DNA of 64,000 nucleotides, from the NCBI GenBank assembly GCA_963729895.1, contig CAVSQB010000018.1, positions 64,001 through 128,000 on the forward strand, written 5' to 3'. The stretch is from an uncultured Fibrobacterota bacterium. GTDB lineage: Bacteria; Fibrobacterota; Chitinivibrionia; Chitinivibrionales; FEN-1185. Below, one piece after another: positions 30,184-39,309 of the stretch. The position numbers and the translations under genes are program-made. Positions within the stretch are counted from its first letter, which is position 1. Each line of letters starts with the position of its first letter. The notes beneath the pieces are model-generated. The model saw only the letters and a program-made list of their open reading frames with translations, was not told the DNA's origin and made no database searches.

Positions 30184-30443
30184 TTTTAGAAACGGACGGG
30201 CAGCTCGCCCGGCCTGTTACCGCCGCTGCTGTCACGCTCGTGCATGCAGCAGACCGCCCGCCGTTGATGTTCGATAAAAAACCGCCCCGACACGAGGGCG
30301 CGGAAGCACCTCATGGATTTTGGTGTCGGGTCCTTTCGGAACCCGAAAACGCCTTGCGCCGGAGCGGGTACAAGGCCGCGAACGGCTAATACGCGGCCGA
30401 TTCCCGGACGCGGGGGCCAAATCCCGGCCGTCCCTGTTTAAAA
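30184..30443 (-). ncRNA. Candidate structured RNA (multi-hairpin)
   Basis: Imperfect complementary ends; several internal stems, including TCGGGTTCC-GAAA-GGACCCGA on the minus strand (30326-30346). Confidence 0.45.
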
Positions 30444-30472
30444 GCTGGTTGAATCATAAATAAATCCACTCT

Positions 30473-31378
30473 TTACGAAAGCAACACATCCGCCGCGCGC
30501 CGCACGACCTGGCGCGAAATCTCCATGTTGTTCAAGTCTGCAATATGCCTTGACATCCGGCACAACTTCGAGAGCCGCCGGGCGTTCTCGTTGCACAGTT
30601 TCCAGTATTCCGGCCAGAGATCGCCCGCCGAAGGTACGGCCGCGCGCACGAGTTTCTCGGCGTCTGACTGGCAAATATTGTCAACCCGGATCGCCAGGCC
30701 AACGCGGGAATACAATTGGGAGTGTTCGCCGCGACGGCCCCGCAGCGTTTCAATGAGGCGAGGCATGCCAATAAGCACAACGCAAATACCCGCGAGGTCA
30801 TGGAGGCGACGCGCCAAACCCAACACTTTTACGCTTACATTTTCCGCTTCGTCAAGAATGCAAATTCTGTCGGAACCCTTCAGCCGCTTCACCGCATTGT
30901 CAAAGAGATCGTAGAGAGGCATATTGACGGAGAGGCCGAGCACGGCATTGATCTTGCGAAATACGTGACTCGGGCTGTATCCTGAGGCGGCTTCAATCAA
31001 CAGGGCATTTTTGTTGACATTTGCAAAGATGTGTGTCGAACACGTTTTTCCAATTCCGCTCTCGCCATATACAACAATAATGTCGCGCTGCGCAGCACCG
31101 AGGGAGATTGCCTCACAGATCCTTTTGGTGACTGTGGTTTCCACAAGTTCTTCGGAAACGTCCGCCGTTCCCTTTTCCGCGCGTACTTTCGCTATGCCCG
31201 CGAGAATCCGTTCGCCGAGTTTCGGCAAGCTTCCGACTGCCTTATAATCAAGGACCGTGTGGACCTCGGCCGGAGACAAGCCGAGCAGCTCCCCGGCCTT
31301 CTGCTCGGATATGCCTTTCGCTTTTGCAAAGCTGCGAAGCTCAAAAAGGACGCGGGAAGAGTAAGAGGTCTTTTTCAT
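30473..31378 (-). CDS. MuB-like AAA+ transposition ATPase
   Basis: N-terminal HTH, Walker A GESGIGKT, Walker B CILDEAE, QLYSRVG; directly downstream of the transposase. Confidence 0.9.
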   Translation of the reverse strand: MKKTSYSSRVLFELRSFAKAKGISEQKAGELLGLSPAEVHTVLDYKAVGSLPKLGERILAGIAKVRAEKGTADVSEELVETTVTKRICEAISLGAAQRDIIVVYGESGIGKTCSTHIFANVNKNALLIEAASGYSPSHVFRKINAVLGLSVNMPLYDLFDNAVKRLKGSDRICILDEAENVSVKVLGLARRLHDLAGICVVLIGMPRLIETLRGRRGEHSQLYSRVGLAIRVDNICQSDAEKLVRAAVPSAGDLWPEYWKLCNENARRLSKLCRMSRHIADLNNMEISRQVVRRAADVLLS

Positions 31379-31381
31379 GGG

Positions 31382-33490
31382 TTAGCCCGCCCGCTTTTGT
31401 TCTTTGTCGGATTCAAGAATAGGAAGTTGACGCTCCACACCGTTTTCCCGGTTCCAGATTTCGCGATTGTGTGGGTCCTGGAGCCAAATTTCCTGATCGG
31501 TATCGGTCAAAAAGTACGGGATTTCCTCGCGTCCCTTCGGGGGAACGAGGTGGCTAATGTCGAAGGTTCCCCGTTCATCGAGGAACTTCTTTTCCTTGAC
31601 AATCCGGTCATATTTAGAATTGGGCAAGCGGTGAATCTTTGGATTTGCTTCGACCGCACCGCCCGAAGTTTCTTGCGTTGCGAGCTTCATTCTGGAAACG
31701 TGGTCGGCAATGCTTGTGGAGTGTGCGGAATTGGCAAACGCTTTTGTGATTCTGAGGTCTTTGCGTTTTGCGGCAAGTGCGCTTCGAAGCTGTGCGATGT
31801 CTGCCGGACCATCCACAAACGCTTTCGCGGTGAGTTGCCCCTCATGGGCGATGCAAATAAACTCTTCAGTAACGGCATCAAAAATCCATGCAATTCCAAG
31901 ATTTTTTTGGTCGCGCCTCATGTAGACTTTTTTTCCCTTCATGCCCGAAAAGGCTTCCGCCCAATAGTGCAGGCCATACTTGCTGTCCGTCAATCCGTTC
32001 CGGCCGATTTTCACGTCACCGCTTTCCCTCATGCAAAACAATGAAACTGCCTCAGGGTGTGCTTCGCGCTTGACAAGGAATTCCTCGGCCATTACTTGGT
32101 TCGGAGATTTGCCTTTATGATTTTTTCCATGCACAACTCTATTGTTAAAGCTCTCCTCAATAAAAGTGTTGAATAGCGGCTCGAATTCCGAAAAGGAAAG
32201 AATTGCACCCGATTTAGTCTCTTCGGCGAGCTTTTCAGGGCGCTCAGTTATGTTCGACCCTCGGTATCCAACGCAGAATTTGCAGAACATATTGATGAGG
32301 GACCGAAAGTCTCTTTCGATGGGCTTTGCCTGGGCATTGAAAACGGTTGCAAAATGCACATTGACACCGAGAAGAGAAAGCGTGGTCCGCCGCTTCTGGT
32401 CATCCTCGTTTCCCTCAACCTTGACCGCGCGCGATCTCCCTCCCGCAAAATCCCGGCAACGGTAGTCGCGACCATTGTCTATAAGAATTCTCTTTGGCAG
32501 TCCGTACTTTAGAACTGCCAAATAGAATGTGTAAAAAATATGATCGCTGTTCGGATCGGTGCAGTGTAGGAGCCAAGATAGCCATTTGCCGCTTTTATAG
32601 TCGCGCCATACCGTGAGCCACGGAAAACACGGCTTTCCGGTTTCTGGATTGATTACCGCAACGTCGAGTTGATGATGATCGCTCACCCATACATCTCCAG
32701 CCCTTATATTCGAGTCGTCCCGCTCGACGTAACTTGCAAATTTGCGGTTCCATTTTTTGTGCCCATGACGTGCGAGATACAGCGCTTGTTCTGGTATTTC
32801 CCGCTTCAACCGTTTGTCAAAGGCGGCGCTACAAGGAAAATTTGCCACGTCCATACCTTGCTGCTTCGCAAACCCGAGAACATTGAGACGGCAGGCATCA
32901 ACCGACGGGCCGCATTCTACCAAGTAAAGCCTCTTGAATTCCTCAAAAAGATTATCCGGCACAATTGACACCCCGGCGCGTTTTCCATACTTCGCAAGCA
33001 ACCCCGCCACGCCTTCTGCCGCATGGTGGATTCGCGCGTGGCGTAGAGCCGAGAAGCTTGTTTTTTTTTCCGGGTGCGCCTTGTTCCATGTTTCAATAAA
33101 GGCACATAGGGTATTTCCGGTCAGTCCTTCACTCGCTTGCAAAACGGGCAGATATTTATCGACTGGTTTCCGCGCCCACGCCGGAGCGGCCACGTACGCC
33201 TTTGTGTCGGCTTCGCGGTCTTCGTCTGTGGCGCTGTCAGCGTTGGGAGCCGCTGGGCCGGACGCCCTTGTCAAAGGAAGCGGAGCGTCCCTTGGAATGA
33301 GTGACTCGTAGTATTTTTTCTGAGCTTCAGGAGGGAGGGAATCGACGAAAACGAAGCGCGTCTCGCCTCCGTTGTCGGGCCTCAATTCAAATGCGAATTC
33401 GCCTTTAGTAAGCCTCTGATTCATCCAGCGTTTAGAAATTCCCAACAACGCTGAGGCTTGGAGGGCGGAGACATAGTGGCGTGAATGCAT
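31382..33490 (-). CDS. MuA-like DDE transposase
   Basis: N-terminal HTH; catalytic motifs WVSDHHQLD, LIDNGRDY, AKPIERDF; Mu-transposase C-terminal segment. Confidence 0.93.
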   Translation of the reverse strand: MHSRHYVSALQASALLGISKRWMNQRLTKGEFAFELRPDNGGETRFVFVDSLPPEAQKKYYESLIPRDAPLPLTRASGPAAPNADSATDEDREADTKAYVAAPAWARKPVDKYLPVLQASEGLTGNTLCAFIETWNKAHPEKKTSFSALRHARIHHAAEGVAGLLAKYGKRAGVSIVPDNLFEEFKRLYLVECGPSVDACRLNVLGFAKQQGMDVANFPCSAAFDKRLKREIPEQALYLARHGHKKWNRKFASYVERDDSNIRAGDVWVSDHHQLDVAVINPETGKPCFPWLTVWRDYKSGKWLSWLLHCTDPNSDHIFYTFYLAVLKYGLPKRILIDNGRDYRCRDFAGGRSRAVKVEGNEDDQKRRTTLSLLGVNVHFATVFNAQAKPIERDFRSLINMFCKFCVGYRGSNITERPEKLAEETKSGAILSFSEFEPLFNTFIEESFNNRVVHGKNHKGKSPNQVMAEEFLVKREAHPEAVSLFCMRESGDVKIGRNGLTDSKYGLHYWAEAFSGMKGKKVYMRRDQKNLGIAWIFDAVTEEFICIAHEGQLTAKAFVDGPADIAQLRSALAAKRKDLRITKAFANSAHSTSIADHVSRMKLATQETSGGAVEANPKIHRLPNSKYDRIVKEKKFLDERGTFDISHLVPPKGREEIPYFLTDTDQEIWLQDPHNREIWNRENGVERQLPILESDKEQKRAG

Positions 33491-33542
33491 CGAGTCTTCC
33501 TTGGGGCGACGAGGAAACGGACACCTATGGCGTTTGTGAAAC

Positions 33543-33914
33543 CTACGCCGACGCTTCCGGAGAAGAGTCCCACCCCAATTCGGCCTCGTATGCCTTCGAT
33601 ACATCGGGATTTTCCTGAGCGACGAGCCGGTACAAATCCTGCGAGGGCGCGTTTGGAAAGTCCTTCTTCTTTTTTTCCATCAAATAAACCATTCGCTGTG
33701 TTGCCGACATTGCCGGAAGAGTCGGAGGCTTGGCGGCCTTCTTTTCGGAAAAGTTTGAGACACCTTTTCCCCGGACCTGCTCGGAGAAGTCCGCAAATAA
33801 CTGTGGACATCGCGCCTTGATGTCCTTCAAAGCCTGTGCATCTGTGAGGTGAGGGTTTCGACGGCGCAACAGATGTACCTCGCGTTCAAATTCAAGAGCG
33901 GCGTTGATGCTCAT
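33543..33914 (-). CDS. Small helical protein with two internal repeats, resembling the C-terminus of Mu-like prohead protease/scaffold
   Basis: Repeats ...DAQALKDIKARCPQLFADF and ...QDLYRLVAQENPDVSKAY; family resemblance by eye only. Confidence 0.45.
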   Translation of the reverse strand: MSINAALEFEREVHLLRRRNPHLTDAQALKDIKARCPQLFADFSEQVRGKGVSNFSEKKAAKPPTLPAMSATQRMVYLMEKKKKDFPNAPSQDLYRLVAQENPDVSKAYEAELGWDSSPEASA

Positions 33915-34228
33915 TTACTGCCTCCTAATTTTGTTTTGTGAAGGGGATTTTTCCTAACGCGTTTCTTTGGACTCAGAGAGGGCGCAGAGCAGAATTCGAG
34001 CCGGTGAATTTTAATTGACAACCCATATTCCGCCGCCGTGGACCTTATAAAGGTGCGCAGAGCAGCGGCTATTCTGCGGCTTTCTGTTTTTCCATCCAGG
34101 ACGGCCCAGATTGCTGTATGCGAGACTGGTGGCCTCAGCGACCGCGCAAAGGAGGACATTGTTATTCCCGTTAACGTCCTGCATCCGTGAAATAGTATTT
34201 TACGAAGGGCGCGTTCGTTGTTCGTCAT
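33911..34228 (-). CDS. Ner/Cro-like HTH regulator
   Basis: GITMSSFARSL..VSHTAIWAVLDGKTESRRI; first gene of the early operon, divergent from the repressor. Confidence 0.7.
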   Translation of the reverse strand: MTNNERALRKILFHGCRTLTGITMSSFARSLRPPVSHTAIWAVLDGKTESRRIAAALRTFIRSTAAEYGLSIKIHRLEFCSAPSLSPKKRVRKNPLHKTKLGGSK

Positions 34229-34293
34229 AGGGAAAACCCTCGGCGTTTGTTGTTTGAGTTGCAACCGCAACTTCTGCCTATCTCAAATATAGC

Positions 34294-34977
34294 ATGAACA
34301 AGCTGAATAGTCCAGAAAAAAACAAAAAATATTTCATGCGCGTTTTGCACATCGGGGAACGCATACGCCTAATTCGCAATCTCAAAAGGATGTCTCAGCA
34401 GGAATTTGCCTCTGAAATAGGGGCAGATCATTATTCGTCCGTGTTTCGGTACGAAAAAAACCTCGTTATGCCGCCGCTTGGCAAAGTCAACACCATAGCT
34501 GATTTAGGCTCAACAACTGCAAGATGGGTTTTGTCGGGAAAGGCCAATACAGATATTTGCGACAGATTTTTCTCGTTCGTAAAATCGAGATCGAAAAGCC
34601 TTCATGGCGTGGAAAGTGATCTTGATCTTCCGACGGGAATCCTCAGCCTTATTGAAAAACATGAGCTGGAGCCATCACCACAGCTTATCAAACGGTATTG
34701 CAATTTTTACGACGAGCCTGCCCTGGGGTTCGTTGATTACTTTCTTGTGGCCGAGAACTTCGGCACTCCAGGGTTAACCGGTTTTACCGAAGGGAAAGAG
34801 CAGTCTCCTCCAGACAAATTGGACAAGCTGACCGAAATAACACGGCTTCTGATTGGTGACGAGGGTGCACAAAGCAAGGTACTAGATTATCTCAAGGCTA
34901 GGCAGGCGCTTGGTAGCGCGGAAAAAGGGCTGATCGCTCCGACGGGCCGAGTCGGGAAGCCGCGAGCGCAGAAATAG
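34294..34977 (+). CDS. XRE-family repressor with two tandem HTH domains
   Basis: IGERIRLIRNLKRMSQQEFASEIG...YEK, then a second unit SLHGVESDLDLPTGILSLIEKHELEPS; no S24 peptidase seen. Confidence 0.8.
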   Translation: MNKLNSPEKNKKYFMRVLHIGERIRLIRNLKRMSQQEFASEIGADHYSSVFRYEKNLVMPPLGKVNTIADLGSTTARWVLSGKANTDICDRFFSFVKSRSKSLHGVESDLDLPTGILSLIEKHELEPSPQLIKRYCNFYDEPALGFVDYFLVAENFGTPGLTGFTEGKEQSPPDKLDKLTEITRLLIGDEGAQSKVLDYLKARQALGSAEKGLIAPTGRVGKPRAQK

Positions 34978-35093
34978 AAATCCTTCGGGTTGAATTGGTT
35001 TTTATCCGCAAGCAGCAAAAGGAGGCTCCACGGGTCTCGGATTCGGCCGGGGGCTAATGCGGTTTTGATGGTCAACTTATCCTCTTTGTCTAC

Positions 35094-35257
35094 TTCCCAC
35101 CTTTCATTCAAAGGTGGGAACAAAAGGTGGGAACCCTTTTTGCGAGTTCCCACCTTTGCTGAACATTGGTAGAATCACACACTTATAATCCTTCTTGAAT
35201 TGCTTTCTGCTTGTTTTTGGTTGTTTTGTGGGGTGCCGAGGTGCGAAAAGGTGGGAA
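35094..35257. repeat. Five exact copies of AAAGGTGGGAA in mixed orientation
   Basis: 35094-35104 (-), 35110-35120 (+), 35123-35133 (+), 35147-35157 (-), 35247-35257 (+). Confidence 0.85.
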
Positions 35258-35569
35258 CTGTTTTGCTCGCTCTTAAATGGTCTATTATTGGCCCTTTAAT
35301 CCCTTGTTAGTGTTCCATTGTTGGCTCCCTGTCTCATAGGAGAAACCGCGCTTTTTCCCTGGCCTTTTGCTCCAAATATCTTTGAGTTTTAGGTCTTTGC
35401 AGAATTGGCCTAAGTGAACGGCACGTTCGTAGGGGCGCGTTTGTTTATTTTGTGCTTTTGCTGCCTTTGTTGGTGCTGTTTGTGAAGTAATTTGTCTGTG
35501 GAGTTATAGAAAGTGGTGTTATTTTGCCGATTTGTTCACTGGTATGATGGTTCAGACCATTACAAAAAT

Positions 35570-35595
35570 AGTTTTGAACTATCCCGCGCGTTATA
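35570..35595 (-). repeat. Right terminal inverted repeat of the Mu-like element
   Basis: Reverse complement TATAACGCGCGGGATAGTTCAAAACT, followed by the AAAAC duplication. Confidence 0.8.
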
Positions 35596-35755
35596 AAAAC
35601 CCTGAAGAAAACCGCCCATCACCCGCATTCTTTTATTGACTCACCCCACCATATATTGTATCTTAGTTTAGTTAAGCATCTATCTCTGGTAGCGCCCGTT
35701 GTCACGATAGGAACAGACCCTTTTCACAGCACCGGACCAAAAAGGAAGCATACCT

Positions 35756-38700
35756 ATGGTGTTACGCAAGCTTTCAATCTTCGGGTTCAAGTCCTTTGCA
35801 GACAAGACTGAGGTGGAATTTGGCGAAGGCGTCACCGCGGTTATCGGCCCGAACGGATGCGGAAAAAGCAATGTCATCGACGCGATCCGGTGGGTATTCG
35901 GCGAGCAGAAGCCGTCCGCGCTGAGGAGCGCCAGTATGCAAGATGTTATCTTTTCGGGAGCGCAGAAACGCCAGGCACTCAACATTGCCGAGGTCACATT
36001 AACAATAGAGAACACCAAGAAGATCCTTCCGTCGGAATTCAATGAAATCGCAATTACCCGCAGAATATTCCGTAGCGGCGAAAGCGAATACCTCATCAAT
36101 AGGGTTCCGTGCAGGCTGCGCGACATCCACACCATGTTTCTCGATACCGGCATCGGCAGCTCCGCATATACTACCATCGAAAATTCAATGATCAATTCCA
36201 TATTGAGCGACAAGGCCGAAGAGCGGCGCATCCTGTTTGAGGAAGCGGCCGGTATCGGCAAATACAAGGAGCGCAGGAAGGAAAGCCTGCGCCAGCTTGA
36301 CCGCACTAGGCAGGATCTCCTGCGGATCAACGACAAGGTACAGGAAGCGGACCGTCAGGTGCGCATGCTCGCGCGCCATGTGGAAAAGGCCAACCGGTAC
36401 AAGCGCTATTTTACCGACCTTAAGTCGCTTGAAGTGGGGTTCGAGAACAGACGGTATACCGCGTACTCCGGCACGCTGACGGCGCGAAAGAAGGACCTCG
36501 ACGAATATGAAGAAAAGCGTCAGACCGTCCGGGCCAAGGTCGCAGCGGTCGAGGCAACCATCGAAAAAATGCAGCTTACGGCGCTCGAGCAGGAAAAGGA
36601 ACTGGAAATCGCCTCCAAGCACGTCGCCGAGGCGAACGAGACGATCATCGGGCTCGACCGCACTATTTCCGTTGCCAAGGAGCGGATGGCCAACGTGCGC
36701 GAGAACGTTGCGAGAAGCGACCGCGAGCACGTCAGTCTCGATGAGCAAATCGAAGGCGCCACCGCGCTCAGAATGCAGGTTGAAAAAGGCATCATCGAGC
36801 ATTCGGGTGAGCTTGACGGATTCAAAGAAAAAGTCGGGTGCGCCCGGCAGGAATTGTCGGCGTTCGATGAAAAAGTGACTGCATCCAGGCTCGAGGCGGA
36901 CCGCGCCGCGTCCGAACAAATAGAAGTGATCAACGCCATCGGCGAACAGAAGAACGCAGTGTCCACGCTCAAGACAAACTTCGCAAACAGCATGGAGCGC
37001 AGCGGTCACGATGAAAAAGAACTTCAGACGCTGCAAACGAGACTCGACGAGTACCGCGAGGCCACAGAAGTCTGTAGACGCCAGCTCGAATCTGCGCATG
37101 AATCTCACCGGAACCTGTCGGCGTCGCGCGAATCGCTGCTTGCCCGCATCGAGAAGGAAGACTCTCAGCGCCAATCTCTTGTCGAACGCGAAAAACGCCT
37201 TGAAGCTCAGATCGACGCGTGCAAGAGCCAGCGGACGTTTCTGGAAGGCCTTGATGCGGCGTTCGAAGGCTACGAAAGCGGCGTGCGGGCCGTGCTTACC
37301 AGGAAACTTCCGGGCGCGGAAGGCATCGTTGCCGATCTCGTGCGCGTACCCGACGAATCCATGCTCGGCCTTGTCGAGCGGGTTCTCGGCCAGTCGATCC
37401 AGACCCTCGTGTTCAGAACGGACGCCGATCTCAAGAACGCGATCTCTTTTATCAATGCGGAAAAAGCCGGGTCGGCCCGCATGGTATCTATGGAACGGCT
37501 CAAACGCCTGTCGTTCAACACGTCTTTCAGTCATCCGTCCGTCGAACCCTTTCGGAAATTCGTTCAAACCGCCGATGAGTATTCGTGCGTTGCCGATTAT
37601 TTGTTCTGCAACACCTATCTTACGGCCACCTCAGACGATGCGTTTGCGCGTTCGGCAGAGACGGGGAGCAACATTTTTGCGTCCAAAGACGGCGTGGTGT
37701 GTCTCGAAAACGGCTGCGTACTGGCCGGCGCTCCCAAGAAACAGCAGGCCGGAATTCTCCAGCGTAAGCAGCAGATCGAAAAATGCGTCACGGACATCGA
37801 CCGGTTCGAAAAAGAATACCAGCGCGTGATTCACGACAAGGAAATCTGCACCATAAACCGTGATGAAGCTAAGTACGCGCTTGTGGAGGTCGACGAAAAA
37901 CTCAATACGGGCCGGCAGCAACAGCAGGAGCAGGAAACCACCATTCGTCACTACGACAACGAGAGCAGGACGGTGGAGGCAAAGATGGAGGAACTGCGCT
38001 CCGAAGTGTCTCGCACCCGGGAGCGCATGATTTCCCTCGACGCGCAGATCAAGACCGGCGATCTGCGATGCGAGGAACTCGATGCGAGGCGGCAGGAAAT
38101 CGGGATGCGCGTCGAGCAGTCGCGCGCCGCGCTCGCGTCCATGCAGGAAGAGCGCAACAGGATGGCCGAGCACCTCAAGAACATCGAGCTTGAGATGATG
38201 GGCTTAACAAACAGAATCTCCCAGGAGAAACAGGATGTTGAGCGGCTCCTGTCCGACGTGCAGCGGTTTACTGCCAAGAAAGAGAAGGTGGCCCAGGAGA
38301 AGCGGCAGGCGCTCGCCGAGATCGAATCCCTGGAATCGGGAATCCGGGGCCAGGAGGAGCAGCTCGGTCTGCGGATTGCAGACCGTTCCGCACTCGAACA
38401 GGTAAAGGCGGTCCAGCGCGACAAGTACAATAGCATCCTTATCGAGATCGAAGAACTGCGCAAGGCCGTCAAGGTGGATCAGGCCGGTGTCGAGGACCTG
38501 TCGAACCGGATCCACGGCCTCGAGCTCGATCAGACGCGCGACGAACAGGAAAAGCGCAGGGTGCGCGAGCGCATTTTCGAGGCCTACAAGGTCGATCTCG
38601 AATCGCCGCCCGAGGACATCATTCTTGTTGAAGAAGAAGAGGCGGCGGTCGTCGAGCGTATCAATCTGTTCAAGGAACGGCTGCGCAGGCTGGGCGACGT

Positions 38701-39304
38701 GAACATGGCGGCCCTTTCCGATTTTGAAACCGAAAGCGCGCGGCTGCGCGAAATGACCATGCAGCGCGATGATCTGCAGACAGCCGTCGACGACCTGGAA
38801 AAGGCCATCAAAAAACTCGACAAGGAAGCCCGCACGCAGTTCACCGCGACGTTCGAGCAGGTGCAGAAGAACTTTATCGGCATGTTTACCACGCTGTTCG
38901 AAGGAGGCGAGGCCCAGCTCACGCTCGAAGAGAACGCGGACCCGCTCGAGGCCGCCATCAACATCAACGTGCGGCCCGCGGGGAAGAAAATGCGCGGTGT
39001 TGACTTGCTGTCGGGCGGCGAGCGCGCGCTTACGGCCATTTCGCTCCTGTTCTCGCTCTATCTTGTGAAGCCGTCGGCCTACTGTATTCTCGATGAACTC
39101 GACGCTCCGCTCGACGATGCGAATATCGGGAGGTTCGTGAACATCCTCAAGAAGTTTTCCATGCAGACCCAGTTCATCGTGGTGACGCACAACAAGCGCA
39201 CCATGGAGGCGGCCGACCTCCTTTACGGCGTCACGCAGCAGGAAAAAGGCGTTTCCACCATTGTGGGTGTGAAGTTTGAAGAAGCCGCGCTGCAGGCAGC
39301 GTAG
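35756..39304 (+). CDS. smc: Chromosome segregation protein SMC
   Basis: GFKSF, GPNGCGKSN, coiled coils and hinge, LSGGE, LDELDAPLD. Confidence 0.95.
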   Translation: MVLRKLSIFGFKSFADKTEVEFGEGVTAVIGPNGCGKSNVIDAIRWVFGEQKPSALRSASMQDVIFSGAQKRQALNIAEVTLTIENTKKILPSEFNEIAITRRIFRSGESEYLINRVPCRLRDIHTMFLDTGIGSSAYTTIENSMINSILSDKAEERRILFEEAAGIGKYKERRKESLRQLDRTRQDLLRINDKVQEADRQVRMLARHVEKANRYKRYFTDLKSLEVGFENRRYTAYSGTLTARKKDLDEYEEKRQTVRAKVAAVEATIEKMQLTALEQEKELEIASKHVAEANETIIGLDRTISVAKERMANVRENVARSDREHVSLDEQIEGATALRMQVEKGIIEHSGELDGFKEKVGCARQELSAFDEKVTASRLEADRAASEQIEVINAIGEQKNAVSTLKTNFANSMERSGHDEKELQTLQTRLDEYREATEVCRRQLESAHESHRNLSASRESLLARIEKEDSQRQSLVEREKRLEAQIDACKSQRTFLEGLDAAFEGYESGVRAVLTRKLPGAEGIVADLVRVPDESMLGLVERVLGQSIQTLVFRTDADLKNAISFINAEKAGSARMVSMERLKRLSFNTSFSHPSVEPFRKFVQTADEYSCVADYLFCNTYLTATSDDAFARSAETGSNIFASKDGVVCLENGCVLAGAPKKQQAGILQRKQQIEKCVTDIDRFEKEYQRVIHDKEICTINRDEAKYALVEVDEKLNTGRQQQQEQETTIRHYDNESRTVEAKMEELRSEVSRTRERMISLDAQIKTGDLRCEELDARRQEIGMRVEQSRAALASMQEERNRMAEHLKNIELEMMGLTNRISQEKQDVERLLSDVQRFTAKKEKVAQEKRQALAEIESLESGIRGQEEQLGLRIADRSALEQVKAVQRDKYNSILIEIEELRKAVKVDQAGVEDLSNRIHGLELDQTRDEQEKRRVRERIFEAYKVDLESPPEDIILVEEEEAAVVERINLFKERLRRLGDVNMAALSDFETESARLREMTMQRDDLQTAVDDLEKAIKKLDKEARTQFTATFEQVQKNFIGMFTTLFEGGEAQLTLEENADPLEAAININVRPAGKKMRGVDLLSGGERALTAISLLFSLYLVKPSAYCILDELDAPLDDANIGRFVNILKKFSMQTQFIVVTHNKRTMEAADLLYGVTQQEKGVSTIVGVKFEEAALQAA

Positions 39305-39309
39305 GAGCC

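Larger units (their letters stand above)
24674..35595 (-). mobile_element. 10.9-kb Mu-like transposable element (candidate transposable phage satellite or mini-Mu)
   Basis: 5-bp direct repeat AAAAC at 24669-24673 and 35596-35600; 26-bp imperfect terminal inverted repeats starting TATAA; MuA/MuB/ner/repressor module; interrupts the PHP-smc intergenic region. Confidence 0.9.

Noticed and set aside
35094..35257. CRISPR array
   Set aside because: Repeats are only 11 bp, in mixed orientation and irregularly spaced; no cas genes seen.
24681..35564. Canonical TGT...ACA ends for the Mu-like element
   Set aside because: Their flanks (TAATT vs AAAAT) are not a direct repeat; the TATAA/TTATA ends give an exact 5-bp duplication and a better inverted alignment.
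24674..35595. Tn7/CAST-type transposon or complete prophage
   Set aside because: No TniQ/TnsD, TnsA or Cas genes; has ner, Mor and baseplate genes; lacks head, packaging and lysis modules.
36185..39190. Long minus-strand ORFs within smc (and similar ones in parC, purB and the ABC genes)
   Set aside because: Antisense open frames expected from GC-rich codon bias.
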